Origin: a virus
Lineage: Duplodnaviria > Caudoviricetes
Strand: one strand, 5' to 3'
Length of the DNA stretch: 64,000 nucleotides
Virus record (IMG/VR): IMGVR_UViG_3300021400_000103
A program made the translations under genes and the position numbers. A model generated the notes under the pieces. The model was not told the DNA's origin. It did not search any database and was given only the letters and a program-made list of their open reading frames with translations. Shown piece after piece: positions 1 through 9,169 of the stretch (position 1 is the first letter of the stretch; every line of letters starts with the position of its first letter).

Positions 1-123
1 CCAACCGTTCTCCGCATAGAACTCACTTCCATCCATCTCATCTGCAATCTCTCTTGCTTCTTCAAATGAATTAGCTTCGACTTCTGCGGAATAATAACTA
101 CGATAAATAACAGTATACTTCAT
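1..123 (-). CDS. DpnD/PcfM-like small protein (partial, runs off window)
   Basis: GGAGG RBS; MKYTVIYRSYYSAEVEANSFEEA pattern resembles the VEA.S.EEA family. Confidence 0.5.
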   Translation of the reverse strand, partial: MKYTVIYRSYYSAEVEANSFEEAREIADEMDGSEFYAENGW

Positions 124-135
124 AATTCGTACCTC

Positions 136-576
136 CTACCACTTATGCAACTTCATATTTGCCTTGTCTTCTAACTTAAACATCACTATAAACTTTGTAA
201 CCACATCCTCTGCCATCTTCTTAAATTCCGTATATGTCATGGATTTATTGAAGTCTAAAAAATCGCCACCACCAATATAATCATACGGATACAGTTCATC
301 TTCCGGCACATCATATTTATCTTTGTATCTACCTGTTTCCATAGCATCTTTTGCTGAATAACCATATCCCGTATCAACACCACCAACGTAAACATCCCAT
401 GTAAGTGTAATATCATTTGGATCATTGTTATATTGTCTTAGTAAAAGATCACAACATATCTCACCAACTCTTATAAAACCAATACATTCATCGGCATGGA
501 GCCAAGCAGTTTCCGTTTCCATATTGCAATAGTTAATATAGTCCTTTTCCGTGAACTCATCCCAGTTAAATTCCAT
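136..576 (-). CDS. hypothetical phage protein
   Basis: ORF with GGAGGT RBS in leftward array. Confidence 0.8.
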   Translation of the reverse strand: MEFNWDEFTEKDYINYCNMETETAWLHADECIGFIRVGEICCDLLLRQYNNDPNDITLTWDVYVGGVDTGYGYSAKDAMETGRYKDKYDVPEDELYPYDYIGGGDFLDFNKSMTYTEFKKMAEDVVTKFIVMFKLEDKANMKLHKW

Positions 577-630
577 ATACATACCTCCGTCAAATTTGGC
601 TTTTATTTATAATAATTTTCCTTCTTATGT

Positions 631-888
631 TTATGCTTCCTTATAAACATATGTGAAGTTTGCTCCGTCATAATATGGATCATTTGTCATATTCCGTATG
701 TTAACCACATTCCCCAAACCATTTCTGTTAGTTCCGATCATTTCCTCAACATCATCTGCGGTTATGTCATGGTTTGCATATACATCAAAGCTATACCTTC
801 CGGATGCCGACCAGGTATCGCCGCACTCACATTCAACTTCAAACAGCATCATACCATTAACTCCGCATTCTGTGTCATTATTAAACAT
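631..888 (-). CDS. hypothetical phage protein
   Basis: ORF; GGGAGG RBS before ATG at 888. Confidence 0.75.
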   Translation of the reverse strand: MFNNDTECGVNGMMLFEVECECGDTWSASGRYSFDVYANHDITADDVEEMIGTNRNGLGNVVNIRNMTNDPYYDGANFTYVYKEA

Positions 889-926
889 ATGCCTTGCCTC
901 CCTTATCAAATTCAGATTTCATCATC

Positions 927-1184
927 TTATGTTTCAAAATATTCGTCAATAATTTCATAATCGCTTGGATCGTAAGCGCCACCAACCATAATATCGTTTA
1001 CTGTATGATCCCATATCGAGTATGTTTCTCCTTCATTTTCATCAAGCAATTCTTCCCATTTCCTTTTTAACTCTTTTGGTGTTCCACACCAAACAGACAA
1101 CTTAATATCTTCGTCCCCTGTATAATAGTCTAGGTTCATATTAAACCGTTCGTTATAAATTCTAATTTCGTATCTCCCCTTCAT
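927..1184 (-). CDS. hypothetical phage protein
   Basis: ORF with RBS. Confidence 0.75.
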   Translation of the reverse strand: MKGRYEIRIYNERFNMNLDYYTGDEDIKLSVWCGTPKELKRKWEELLDENEGETYSIWDHTVNDIMVGGAYDPSDYEIIDEYFET

Positions 1185-1211
1185 AGATACCTCCATAAAA
1201 TTTAACTTTTA

Positions 1212-1412
1212 TTACGCTACAATTTTAATATCTTTTATCCAACTGAATGGTATTACATAACCATCACAAGTAGTGGATAATCCATATAAAAATCCGTTAT
1301 CAAGAACTTCGTTTACTTTAAATCTGCGTTCAGCATTTGGAACTTTAGGAATGGGTGTTATCTCCACTGTATCTCCCGGTTTTACAAGTGCGATAATTGT
1401 TTCTTTAATCAT
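1212..1412 (-). CDS. hypothetical phage protein
   Basis: ORF with RBS. Confidence 0.7.
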   Translation of the reverse strand: MIKETIIALVKPGDTVEITPIPKVPNAERRFKVNEVLDNGFLYGLSTTCDGYVIPFSWIKDIKIVA

Positions 1413-1416
1413 AATG

Positions 1417-1578
1417 TTATCTCCCTTCAAATCTGTATTTATTTATTTTTATCGTTTCAAATCTATACATATTCTCGTCACACTTCGGGCAGTAAAACGG
1501 ATACTCTCTGCGGAGTCCTTTACTCGTTTCTCTTTTGACATATGTATTACATCTGATACATTTTCTATGTGTTCTCAT
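1417..1578 (-). CDS. small Zn-ribbon protein (not in ORF track)
   Basis: MRTHRKCIRC...YPFYCPKCDENMY, two CxxC motifs, GGAGG RBS. Confidence 0.7.
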   Translation of the reverse strand: MRTHRKCIRCNTYVKRETSKGLRREYPFYCPKCDENMYRFETIKINKYRFEGR

Positions 1579-1610
1579 TTGTTTTACCTCCTTATGAAAC
1601 TCTGCTTTTA

Positions 1611-1961
1611 TTAGAAATCAACTTCACTATCCATTTCTTTAGCAAACTGTCTAAATGCTTTCCAGATAAACCGCTCCCTTTCTGTTTCATCTATCTCTAT
1701 ATCATAATTTGCATAGTCATCCTTTTCTCCGTTATTACATTGAAACCATAATGAAATGCTCTGCTTTACCACATCTACATCAAGGTAGAAGTTGTACCAA
1801 ACATCATTATTAGAATCAACTGCCATATCAGCACAGCCGTTTAATTCTCTTATTTCGTCTGCAATTCCTATTAACTCATCCGTAGGCAATAAATCGAAAC
1901 TCAATATTGAATCTTCGACCCATTCAAAATTCTGAATTGTGATATATCCAATGTTATTCAT
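1611..1961 (-). CDS. hypothetical phage protein
   Basis: ORF with GGAGGTG RBS. Confidence 0.75.
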   Translation of the reverse strand: MNNIGYITIQNFEWVEDSILSFDLLPTDELIGIADEIRELNGCADMAVDSNNDVWYNFYLDVDVVKQSISLWFQCNNGEKDDYANYDIEIDETERERFIWKAFRQFAKEMDSEVDF

Positions 1962-1993
1962 ATAAATTGTCACCTCCATTTAGAATAAACAAG

Positions 1994-2308
1994 TTATTTT
2001 ATTGTTTCTTCCCATTCCTCATTGGATATATTCGCTTTATAATAATCGAACGCTTCTATATAATTATCACAAGGAATTTCGCTCCACATCTCATGTTCTG
2101 CCATATAATTGATCACTCCGCCAATAGGCTTTTCATTTTCAATCATAATGTCTATACTAAAGCAACTCGAATCGTACTCGTTTCCGTCTTTTTCTCTACC
2201 ATAATCTTCAAGAAATTTAGGAATGCTCCTATCTCCTCTTAAACAAACTCTTCCAATTCCTTGTACAGGACAGAAACATTCATCAAAGAATTTTTTGTCT
2301 ATAACCAT
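1994..2308 (-). CDS. hypothetical phage protein
   Basis: ORF with RBS. Confidence 0.75.
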   Translation of the reverse strand: MVIDKKFFDECFCPVQGIGRVCLRGDRSIPKFLEDYGREKDGNEYDSSCFSIDIMIENEKPIGGVINYMAEHEMWSEIPCDNYIEAFDYYKANISNEEWEETIK

Positions 2309-2335
2309 ATAATCATCTCCCTTAAAAACATTATT

Positions 2336-2842
2336 TTATACTGAAAAATTATTCACTGTATTACAAAGTTCATAAAAATCAGTAGTTTTATTACAGATAT
2401 TCGACATTTTTTTAATTAAAGCTTCTGATACTTTTTCTTCTAATTCTCTTTTAATATCTACCCAGTCTTTTAAAAGTACATCAATGTCTTTTTTATGCTC
2501 ATCTATCCTTCTAATGTCCCGCCATGAATCATCATTTCTGGATGAATAATACATGGAAAATAAAATATTCCCTTTCTCTTCTTTCGGACAATATCTATCG
2601 TCAGAAAGATTGAATCGAAAGCTAATTCCATTATAAAAATCAAGTTTATGTTCTACTAAAACTCTCATGGGAGCATCAATAGAATTTGCCATCTCATATA
2701 AATAATTTACAATTTTATCAATAGATATCTGTCTGTTATTTTCTAAATCTGTCTTATTTTCTTCAACTACCTTGTCAAGCATTTCTTTCATAGTTTTTCT
2801 CATTTCGCCCAATGCTTTAATTTTTTCTAACGACATAATCAT
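2336..2842 (-). CDS. hypothetical phage protein
   Basis: ORF; its TAA stop is part of the TAAAA arm of the boundary site. Confidence 0.8.
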   Translation of the reverse strand: MIMSLEKIKALGEMRKTMKEMLDKVVEENKTDLENNRQISIDKIVNYLYEMANSIDAPMRVLVEHKLDFYNGISFRFNLSDDRYCPKEEKGNILFSMYYSSRNDDSWRDIRRIDEHKKDIDVLLKDWVDIKRELEEKVSEALIKKMSNICNKTTDFYELCNTVNNFSV

Positions 2843-2900
2843 TTACCTCCTTTGAAAATCTTATTTTATTTGTCATTGTTACTTTCTACGTTTACACCAA

Positions 2901-3128
2901 CTATGTGATTATATTTGTTAAATCAAATCCAACTGGTTCAATCATTTCTTCATCTACTGTTTCCATTGGATTGATAAATAAGCTTGTGTTAATAGTTTCA
3001 ATCAACCACCGTGTCATCTCATTAGTAATTGGATTTAATCTGTTTTCTTTGACAATATGAAGATATTTCTCTTCGCCAGGGCTACACCATTTTGGACTGT
3101 ATCTTACTATCATACCTACCTTTATCAT
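2901..3128 (-). CDS. hypothetical phage protein
   Basis: ORF with RBS. Confidence 0.75.
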   Translation of the reverse strand: MIKVGMIVRYSPKWCSPGEEKYLHIVKENRLNPITNEMTRWLIETINTSLFINPMETVDEEMIEPVGFDLTNIIT

Positions 3129-3159
3129 TTTAACGTCTCCTTTCTATAAAATCCGTGTT

Positions 3160-3453
3160 TTATTTCTCCATTAATATATCCTCAACAATCTCAGCCAGTT
3201 TCTTTGGTGTTTCAGCCTTCAGAATTTTCTCCCACTGGCGAGGATATAATGCTTGCCATGTACTGCAATATGAATGAGCCGGACTATTGTTTTCTGCTAA
3301 AATTGTTGTCCATTTCCATCCCTGTCCAAAATCAAAATATGTCTCTCCTACTGAATATAATGTTCCATCTTTACTGTATGTCGTCATCAACTGAGCTGCT
3401 ACAATAAGCCTTTTAGTTTCTTCACTTTCATAATTCAACAATGTAGGGTTCAT
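3160..3453 (-). CDS. hypothetical phage protein
   Basis: ORF with RBS; YFDFGQGWKWTTI motif. Confidence 0.75.
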   Translation of the reverse strand: MNPTLLNYESEETKRLIVAAQLMTTYSKDGTLYSVGETYFDFGQGWKWTTILAENNSPAHSYCSTWQALYPRQWEKILKAETPKKLAEIVEDILMEK

Positions 3454-3484
3454 ATACACGCCTCCCTTGAAAACCTTGTTTTAT

Positions 3485-3931
3485 TTATTTCCAATACGTT
3501 TTATAAAAACCTTGGTCTGGATCTCCATAACTTCTCATTTCACATTCTTCATATGTTCCCTTATATGATATTGAAACTAATTTTAATGGATATTTTAATT
3601 TATCAATCTGCTCATCATAGCAACCAATATCAATCCCTTTACATCGGTTCTCTTGTAAAATTGTATTACCTCTTTTAATAATATCATCCATTGTACTTGG
3701 GTATTCGTCTCCATCATATATCATTCCATCACAACCATTCCAATAAGCAAGTATTCCATATAGGTCTGCTTCATTTTTCTCACCATAAAAAACATATCCA
3801 TAATCATAATAAGTATCTTTAATAAATCCACCACCAAATTCTTTTGGGATAAGAATTTTATACCTATCTCCCATTGTTAAATTTTTTCTTTTTGTTGTTT
3901 TATCTGCCCTTATCCAACTAAAACTACCCAT
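3485..3931 (-). CDS. hypothetical phage protein
   Basis: ORF with RBS. Confidence 0.8.
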   Translation of the reverse strand: MGSFSWIRADKTTKRKNLTMGDRYKILIPKEFGGGFIKDTYYDYGYVFYGEKNEADLYGILAYWNGCDGMIYDGDEYPSTMDDIIKRGNTILQENRCKGIDIGCYDEQIDKLKYPLKLVSISYKGTYEECEMRSYGDPDQGFYKTYWK

Positions 3932-3953
3932 ATTATTTACCTCCCTTCAAATC

Positions 3954-4187
3954 TTACCCAAGAATTACACAATTTTCTTTGGTGTGTGTACCATCGTGTT
4001 CTAATTCTAATAAATATTCAAAATCTTCTTCATCTGCATCTGTGAACTGGTAGAACAGTGTATGATAACCATTTCCTTCATCGTCACATGAGATTAGTAC
4101 ATGTTTATCTCCGTTACCTTTTTGAATCTGTTCCTTACAATACATTTCCAACTGTTTTACTGTGATTCCTAAATTAGCCATATTCAT
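3954..4187 (-). CDS. hypothetical phage protein
   Basis: ORF; DDEGNGYH motif. Confidence 0.75.
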   Translation of the reverse strand: MNMANLGITVKQLEMYCKEQIQKGNGDKHVLISCDDEGNGYHTLFYQFTDADEEDFEYLLELEHDGTHTKENCVILG

Positions 4188-4286
4188 ACCTCCCTTAAAA
4201 CCTGGTTCTATTCAACCTCATAAGCTTCGCCTTCAACCACAGTGGTTGTTAATTTCAAGTGTGATCGTTTTCATGTTGACGCCTCC

Positions 4287-4529
4287 CTACATAACTTCTA
4301 CAATTCGTACTGCGCTATAACTGCACCTTTGATCATCTGCTCCAAAATGTTTATCAACATATTCCCCAGCTTCCTTTGCAGTATCAAAAAGTTTTGTCTT
4401 TTCATTTACATTGTCTTCAAATATAAATATTTTATGTTCTCCTTTTAGAGCTAAGTACAACCACTCTTCATATTCTGTATCTGTTTTACTGTTATACATA
4501 TAATAACTGACTTGTATTGCATACTTCAT
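4287..4529 (-). CDS. hypothetical phage protein
   Basis: ORF with RBS. Confidence 0.75.
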   Translation of the reverse strand: MKYAIQVSYYMYNSKTDTEYEEWLYLALKGEHKIFIFEDNVNEKTKLFDTAKEAGEYVDKHFGADDQRCSYSAVRIVEVM

Positions 4530-4552
4530 ATTTATACCTCCATTTCAAGCTA

Positions 4553-4804
4553 CTAAGAAAAACTACAATCAGGAAGTTTAGAAACAGTGTATGCCTCAAA
4601 CCTTCCGTTATTTGACAGCGAAAGCACATAAGGAGTTCCTCCTTCCCAGGCTTCGTTGTCAATGTCTTCCAGAGTGATGCCAAAGTCATCAGCCAGCTGT
4701 TCTCTCGCGCTTAAGATCGCTGCTTCCTCATTTTCGTAGATGGTTGCCTGTCCGGCGTAAACCGCACCGTCTACATCCTGTGAAATATTGGTTAATACAT
4801 ACAT
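4553..4804 (-). CDS. hypothetical phage protein
   Basis: ORF with RBS. Confidence 0.7.
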   Translation of the reverse strand: MYVLTNISQDVDGAVYAGQATIYENEEAAILSAREQLADDFGITLEDIDNEAWEGGTPYVLSLSNNGRFEAYTVSKLPDCSFS

Positions 4805-4833
4805 ATCATCACTTCCTTTCAAATCTTGGTTAT

Positions 4834-5079
4834 TTAATAAAGGCCTCTGTCTTTTGCAAATCCACTATATGCAAGTACCTCGCCATTAGATATAACCCAA
4901 TGTCTATTTTTCGCTGTCTTCACAACCGCATACCATCCAAAGAATGCATCCCATCCTGCACTTAGAATTTTAATAGTGTTAACAGTTTCCTCTATTAAAT
5001 CACTAATTTCGTTTGCAATCTGTTCAGCGGTCATTTTTGTTTTAAGTAAATAGTTTTCATCAAGACCTTTGATTATCAT
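4834..5079 (-). CDS. hypothetical phage protein
   Basis: ORF flanked by two boundary sites with identical CCAAGA spacer. Confidence 0.75.
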   Translation of the reverse strand: MIIKGLDENYLLKTKMTAEQIANEISDLIEETVNTIKILSAGWDAFFGWYAVVKTAKNRHWVISNGEVLAYSGFAKDRGLY

Positions 5080-5117
5080 GTTATCACCTCTCTTAAAATC
5101 TTGGTTTTATTTAACTC

Positions 5118-5768
5118 TTAAATATGACAATCAACCAATGTCACAAGAACGTCGTTGTCAAACTTTTCAATTGCTTTTTTAAATTCTTCTTCCCAATTAT
5201 CTTGTTCTTTTTCGTTTGTCACTATTGCCCACCATCCCATTTTTCCTTTTTCATACCATTTTCCATTTGGTGTTATAAATGCAAATGGTATACCAGTTTT
5301 ATCCCAATCAATCTCACTTACATAATCTGAGTTTGTTTCTCTTCCTTCTTTGGTAACCAAACCTCCTGTCCATCTGCCACCAATTGTATACCAATCCCAT
5401 TTGGAGTGCGGATTGTATGTAGACAATAGATTTCCATCTTCATCAATCATGTCTTCCCCATACCACATCTTCTGTTCTTCATAACACTCCTCGTCCGTCC
5501 AATTAAGTCTCTTAGGAAACTCATTTTTAATATACTCAAGATGTTTTTTATTATCACACTTCTCTTCGTATGCAATGGGATCCGCAAGGTACTCGGCATA
5601 CAAACCATTCTTATAATCCTCAATTTCCTTGCGTGTTTTGGCTATTGCCTGTTCTTTTGTAAGTTCGATGTACGGCGGGTATGTGATAGACTCATCATAC
5701 GGTGCAAGTAACTGTTCAACATCTCTTTTATCTTTCTTTGTAAAAACATAAACTGTAAAATGGCTCAT
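5118..5768 (-). CDS. conserved phage protein (NPxSKWDWYxIGGRW family)
   Basis: Characteristic motif; ends VDCHI. Confidence 0.8.
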   Translation of the reverse strand: MSHFTVYVFTKKDKRDVEQLLAPYDESITYPPYIELTKEQAIAKTRKEIEDYKNGLYAEYLADPIAYEEKCDNKKHLEYIKNEFPKRLNWTDEECYEEQKMWYGEDMIDEDGNLLSTYNPHSKWDWYTIGGRWTGGLVTKEGRETNSDYVSEIDWDKTGIPFAFITPNGKWYEKGKMGWWAIVTNEKEQDNWEEEFKKAIEKFDNDVLVTLVDCHI

Positions 5769-5795
5769 ATTGTTACCTCCCTTAAAAAATTGGTT

Positions 5796-6041
5796 TTATA
5801 CGATACACGCTCTTTGTATCATTACTTCGCAGTGATTTTTGAAATCCATATAATTATCTTGTATTCCAGTTGCCCACTCCTTAAATACATTTCCGTTACA
5901 CAAAAGCTGTATATATACTCCTTTACGACCGTCATACATTGTGTATTCTCTAACCCGTATATCTCTACCAGTTCTTTTACTTTCTTGTTTACAACGCCTT
6001 TCTGCATACATTATTGATTTTGTCCAATCTGAATAATTCAT
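5796..6041 (-). CDS. hypothetical phage protein
   Basis: ORF with RBS. Confidence 0.75.
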   Translation of the reverse strand: MNYSDWTKSIMYAERRCKQESKRTGRDIRVREYTMYDGRKGVYIQLLCNGNVFKEWATGIQDNYMDFKNHCEVMIQRACIV

Positions 6042-6072
6042 TTTAGTACCTCCTTTAAAATATTCGTTTTAT

Positions 6073-6327
6073 TTACATCGGATATGCAGCATAAACTGCA
6101 TTTTCATTTCCATTTCTACCTTTAAATACATCATAATAGTAATGATCTGCTACTGTATCACTTTCCCTAATCCCTTGGATGTCATCAGGATATAGCCACC
6201 AATTCCAATCATTCTTCATATACTGCATAATGTAGTTTATCAATGCCTTTTTCGGTGGCTGTGTATATTCAGCCACTTTTTGTACTCCAGGTTTTCCTTC
6301 GACTAATTTATATATAACAGTCACCAT
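6073..6327 (-). CDS. hypothetical phage protein
   Basis: ORF with RBS. Confidence 0.75.
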   Translation of the reverse strand: MVTVIYKLVEGKPGVQKVAEYTQPPKKALINYIMQYMKNDWNWWLYPDDIQGIRESDTVADHYYYDVFKGRNGNENAVYAAYPM

Positions 6328-6354
6328 ATCATTTACCTCCATCAAATGTTGTTT

Positions 6355-6984
6355 TTATTTGTTCTGGAATTCTCTTCTGCGTTCCACCTCGGCATCATTT
6401 TCCGGGTCAGAATAATATTTGTACGCAAGTAACATTGGATAATCACTGTTCTTAGCTCTATCCCACATTAAGTACTCCGCCCAACAAGGCTCACCATTTG
6501 ACTCTTCACACCAGCTTGGCCATTCTTTCATCAACGAATAAGGAGAATTATAATGACATCTATCATTTATGACATACTCCTTATCATAGCCACAAATTCT
6601 TACCAATATATCCTCAATCGAAACTCGCTTGGCTAATCGGCAGAGCCAGTTCATGAATTCACGAAAAGTTTCACTGAATTCTCTGTCTCGGAAAGCACCG
6701 TTGACTACCAATATGTAGTTATCTTGTACCCTAAGCCAACCTCTTTTCTGATTATGACAACCATATGAATCGGTTAAATTATTTGTCATTTCTCCGTATT
6801 CATCGCAAGAACGACTTGAATTCGTTCCATTTTTCTGGATAATATATACATTCATATCGCCTTCAGATCCGGTTACCAACGGAAGATGATTTAATACCGT
6901 TTCTAAGATATATCTTTTTTCTGCCTGGGTTCTTCCCATCGGTTGAACTTCAATGGTTCCGTTTATATATGTCCACCAACTCAT
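6355..6984 (-). CDS. hypothetical phage protein
   Basis: 209 aa ORF with RBS. Confidence 0.8.
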   Translation of the reverse strand: MSWWTYINGTIEVQPMGRTQAEKRYILETVLNHLPLVTGSEGDMNVYIIQKNGTNSSRSCDEYGEMTNNLTDSYGCHNQKRGWLRVQDNYILVVNGAFRDREFSETFREFMNWLCRLAKRVSIEDILVRICGYDKEYVINDRCHYNSPYSLMKEWPSWCEESNGEPCWAEYLMWDRAKNSDYPMLLAYKYYSDPENDAEVERRREFQNK

Positions 6985-7079
6985 TGTTAATACCTCCTAT
7001 GAAATGTGTGTTTGATCTCTCCTATCACTACGCAATCAATCCAAGTTCTTCCAGAATGCAATCCCATTTCATTTCATTT

Positions 7080-7454
7080 TTACAATTCATCTCCGTCACT
7101 CCATGTATCAGGATTATTTAATCTCTGTCCCCAAATATTCCACCATCTACCGCAGTTAGGGCATTCACAACCGCCGAGATACTCATTGTAGAGTTCAATC
7201 GTTTCTCCGCAGTCACAAGTCCCGGAGTTATTTTCTCTATATTCCTGTTTCCATTCCACCACTTTGTTATACCGAACAAACTTTTCTGGATGTGCCAAAG
7301 CGTATTCATAATTCTTTTTAGCAGCGTCGTTAATGTCATCACTCACCTTTCCATTTTTGTCGCATGGGAAACTAAATCCGTTATTACGTCCGTCATCAAA
7401 AGTGAGTTCATACCATACTTTTTCTACTAATTCGCCTTGCTTAAAATCTTTCAT
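7080..7454 (-). CDS. Zn-ribbon-containing hypothetical protein
   Basis: CDCG...CPNCG motifs. Confidence 0.75.
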   Translation of the reverse strand: MKDFKQGELVEKVWYELTFDDGRNNGFSFPCDKNGKVSDDINDAAKKNYEYALAHPEKFVRYNKVVEWKQEYRENNSGTCDCGETIELYNEYLGGCECPNCGRWWNIWGQRLNNPDTWSDGDEL

Positions 7455-7744
7455 GATACGTAATCTCCTTTATCTTTGCTTGCAACACCGCCGCAATATA
7501 GACCACCGGATTTCCATGCTCCCTTCATCATAATCAGGAAACAGGACATTAAATCCTTAAAATTGTCGTCCTCTATGTAGTAGTCGTCGTCATCTATGTT
7601 GGCAATATCCATATCTCCGTACTCAATATCGCCGTCGGCAACACCAGACATTAACCATCCTTCAAACACTTCTTCATCATTGATCTGTCTTGCGATGTAT
7701 TCCATCGCAAGCACCATCTTCTTCCGTTCTTCCATCTTTGTCAT
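7451..7744 (-). CDS. hypothetical phage protein
   Basis: ORF overlapping the next gene by ATGA. Confidence 0.75.
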   Translation of the reverse strand: MTKMEERKKMVLAMEYIARQINDEEVFEGWLMSGVADGDIEYGDMDIANIDDDDYYIEDDNFKDLMSCFLIMMKGAWKSGGLYCGGVASKDKGDYVS

Positions 7745-7767
7745 AATGTTCTCCCCTCTTTTACACT

Positions 7768-8100
7768 TTACTCACCGAACGCATCTCTCCAAAACTGCTT
7801 CTTTTCGTCTGCATCAAGTGTTTCATAGTAGTATGCTACAACCGCATTCTTAATTGCCTTTACTGTCAACACTCCAACATAATTCAATGTCTGTAACTCG
7901 TTCCATCTATCAAGAATCTGACCGATCTTGTCAATCTTGTTCCGCCTGAGTCCGTTATAACCTCTCGCTTCCAGCCCAAGATTTCCAATATCCAGATTCT
8001 CAATTCTCTGTGATTTCCTAAACCGGAAAATGATGTTATTATCTACAGTTACATCTGCGTTCTGTGCGATTACCTCAAAATCTCTCTGAAAATTTGTCAT
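7768..8100 (-). CDS. RNA polymerase alpha-subunit C-terminal-domain-like protein
   Basis: IGNLGLEARGYNGLRRNKIDKIGQIL...VGVLTVKAI resembles alpha-CTD [21 protein letters not shown]...LGKKSLEEI. Confidence 0.7.
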   Translation of the reverse strand: MTNFQRDFEVIAQNADVTVDNNIIFRFRKSQRIENLDIGNLGLEARGYNGLRRNKIDKIGQILDRWNELQTLNYVGVLTVKAIKNAVVAYYYETLDADEKKQFWRDAFGE

Positions 8101-8113
8101 GGCGTTATTCCTC

Positions 8114-8299
8114 CTAATATTCGATTTCTGTTGCACTACAATCCGTGTGATAGAGTGTTATTTCCGCTTCAGGAAACCTGGCCTTTAATACTCGTGCCTT
8201 ATCCAATGCTACGTGTTCCCATGTATCATCAAGTTCAACTGTTGCCCAATGTTTACCACCGACGGCGATGTTGATCCAGTAATTATTTTTGATCATCAT
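8114..8299 (-). CDS. hypothetical phage protein
   Basis: ORF with RBS. Confidence 0.65.
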   Translation of the reverse strand: MMIKNNYWINIAVGGKHWATVELDDTWEHVALDKARVLKARFPEAEITLYHTDCSATEIEY

Positions 8300-8303
8300 A
8301 GGT

Positions 8304-8564
8304 TTAGTCCTCCATTCTCTTAATAATGTTCCCAAGTGCTTCAAGCTGTTCGCCTGTCAACGTGATTCCCTTACCGCATTTTTCAACACCCTCTTCGTTT
8401 GTTACCCAGCTTCGAACATCATACTTCGGATCGTTATCGCCCCACTTCACATACCGCAATTCCGTTGTCCATCCGTTCTTACCTTCACTAATGACACCGC
8501 ATTTCTCAATCACTTCGTACTTGATTCCATCGTCCTTTGCCTTACCATTCTTCTTAATTGCCAT
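8304..8564 (-). CDS. ydbC: YdbC/PC4-family ssDNA-binding protein
   Basis: GWTTELRYVKWGDNDPKYDVRSW...GKGITL signature. Confidence 0.85.
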   Translation of the reverse strand: MAIKKNGKAKDDGIKYEVIEKCGVISEGKNGWTTELRYVKWGDNDPKYDVRSWVTNEEGVEKCGKGITLTGEQLEALGNIIKRMED

Positions 8565-8565
8565 A

Positions 8566-8748
8566 TTAGTTATCCTCCTTTTTGTTAATAATACTTACCG
8601 TATAATTACTATCATAACAATTATCCGGCCCCTTCAGTTGCCCTCCATAAATGCCCTCACTTACCATGTCGATTGCTTCATCTTTGCTGTCTGCTTCGAC
8701 TACATACGTTCTTGCGTAAGACTCTGTGTAGGTAACTTCATACTTCAT
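8566..8748 (-). CDS. DpnD/PcfM-like protein
   Basis: KYEVTYTESYARTYVVEADSKDEA. Confidence 0.65.
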   Translation of the reverse strand: MKYEVTYTESYARTYVVEADSKDEAIDMVSEGIYGGQLKGPDNCYDSNYTVSIINKKEDN

Positions 8749-8753
8749 ACGCA

Positions 8754-8918
8754 TCACTCCTCCTCTTCTATACTCAACCAATAACTTCCGTTTGTAGTTC
8801 CGTCATCATATGTCCAACCCCATGACTCACACAGTTTCATCGCCTGGGCTTCTGTCATGTGCGGTTCAACTATAATCTTCTTTTTAGTTTGTTTGTGAAT
8901 CCCTATCACGTTCCACAT
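8754..8918 (-). CDS. hypothetical small protein (not in ORF track)
   Basis: 54 aa ORF coupled by TAATG to the upstream gene. Confidence 0.6.
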   Translation of the reverse strand: MWNVIGIHKQTKKKIIVEPHMTEAQAMKLCESWGWTYDDGTTNGSYWLSIEEEE

Positions 8919-9169
8919 TATGCAACTCCCCTTTCCGCTTTAATATCACATATGTACTGCATAGCATCCTCCAGCTCCGTGAAGTAATGTCCCTGCGCCC
9001 ATGATTTCCCATCTCCCTTATATCCCCATGCTGCTACCCACGGCTGATATTTACTGTTGCGGTAAATAAGTGTGTAGTCGATCTCCGGATACTCTGCGAC
9101 CACCACATAGTTTTCGCTTGTGTTGTCTACGCCGACTAACTCTTTAAGGTTGTAGAATCTCTTCGTCAT
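8918..9169 (-). CDS. hypothetical phage protein
   Basis: SWAQGHYF motif; GGAGGTG RBS. Confidence 0.75.
   Translation of the reverse strand: MTKRFYNLKELVGVDNTSENYVVVAEYPEIDYTLIYRNSKYQPWVAAWGYKGDGKSWAQGHYFTELEDAMQYICDIKAERGVA

Larger units (their letters stand above)
590..7015 (-). repeat. dispersed palindromic TNAAA-N6-TTTNA sites at gene boundaries (about 18 copies, some partial)
   Basis: Copies at 590, 906, 1196, 1427, 1595, 1986, 2323, 2853, 3147, 3468, 3947 (half), 4195, 4819, 5094, 5783, 6056, 6342, 7000; each just upstream of a GGAG(G)-like RBS. Confidence 0.9.

Noticed and set aside
590-7015. Boundary sites as CRISPR repeats or intrinsic terminators
   Set aside because: Intervening units are whole genes of variable length, and 5-bp AT-only arms cannot form terminator hairpins.
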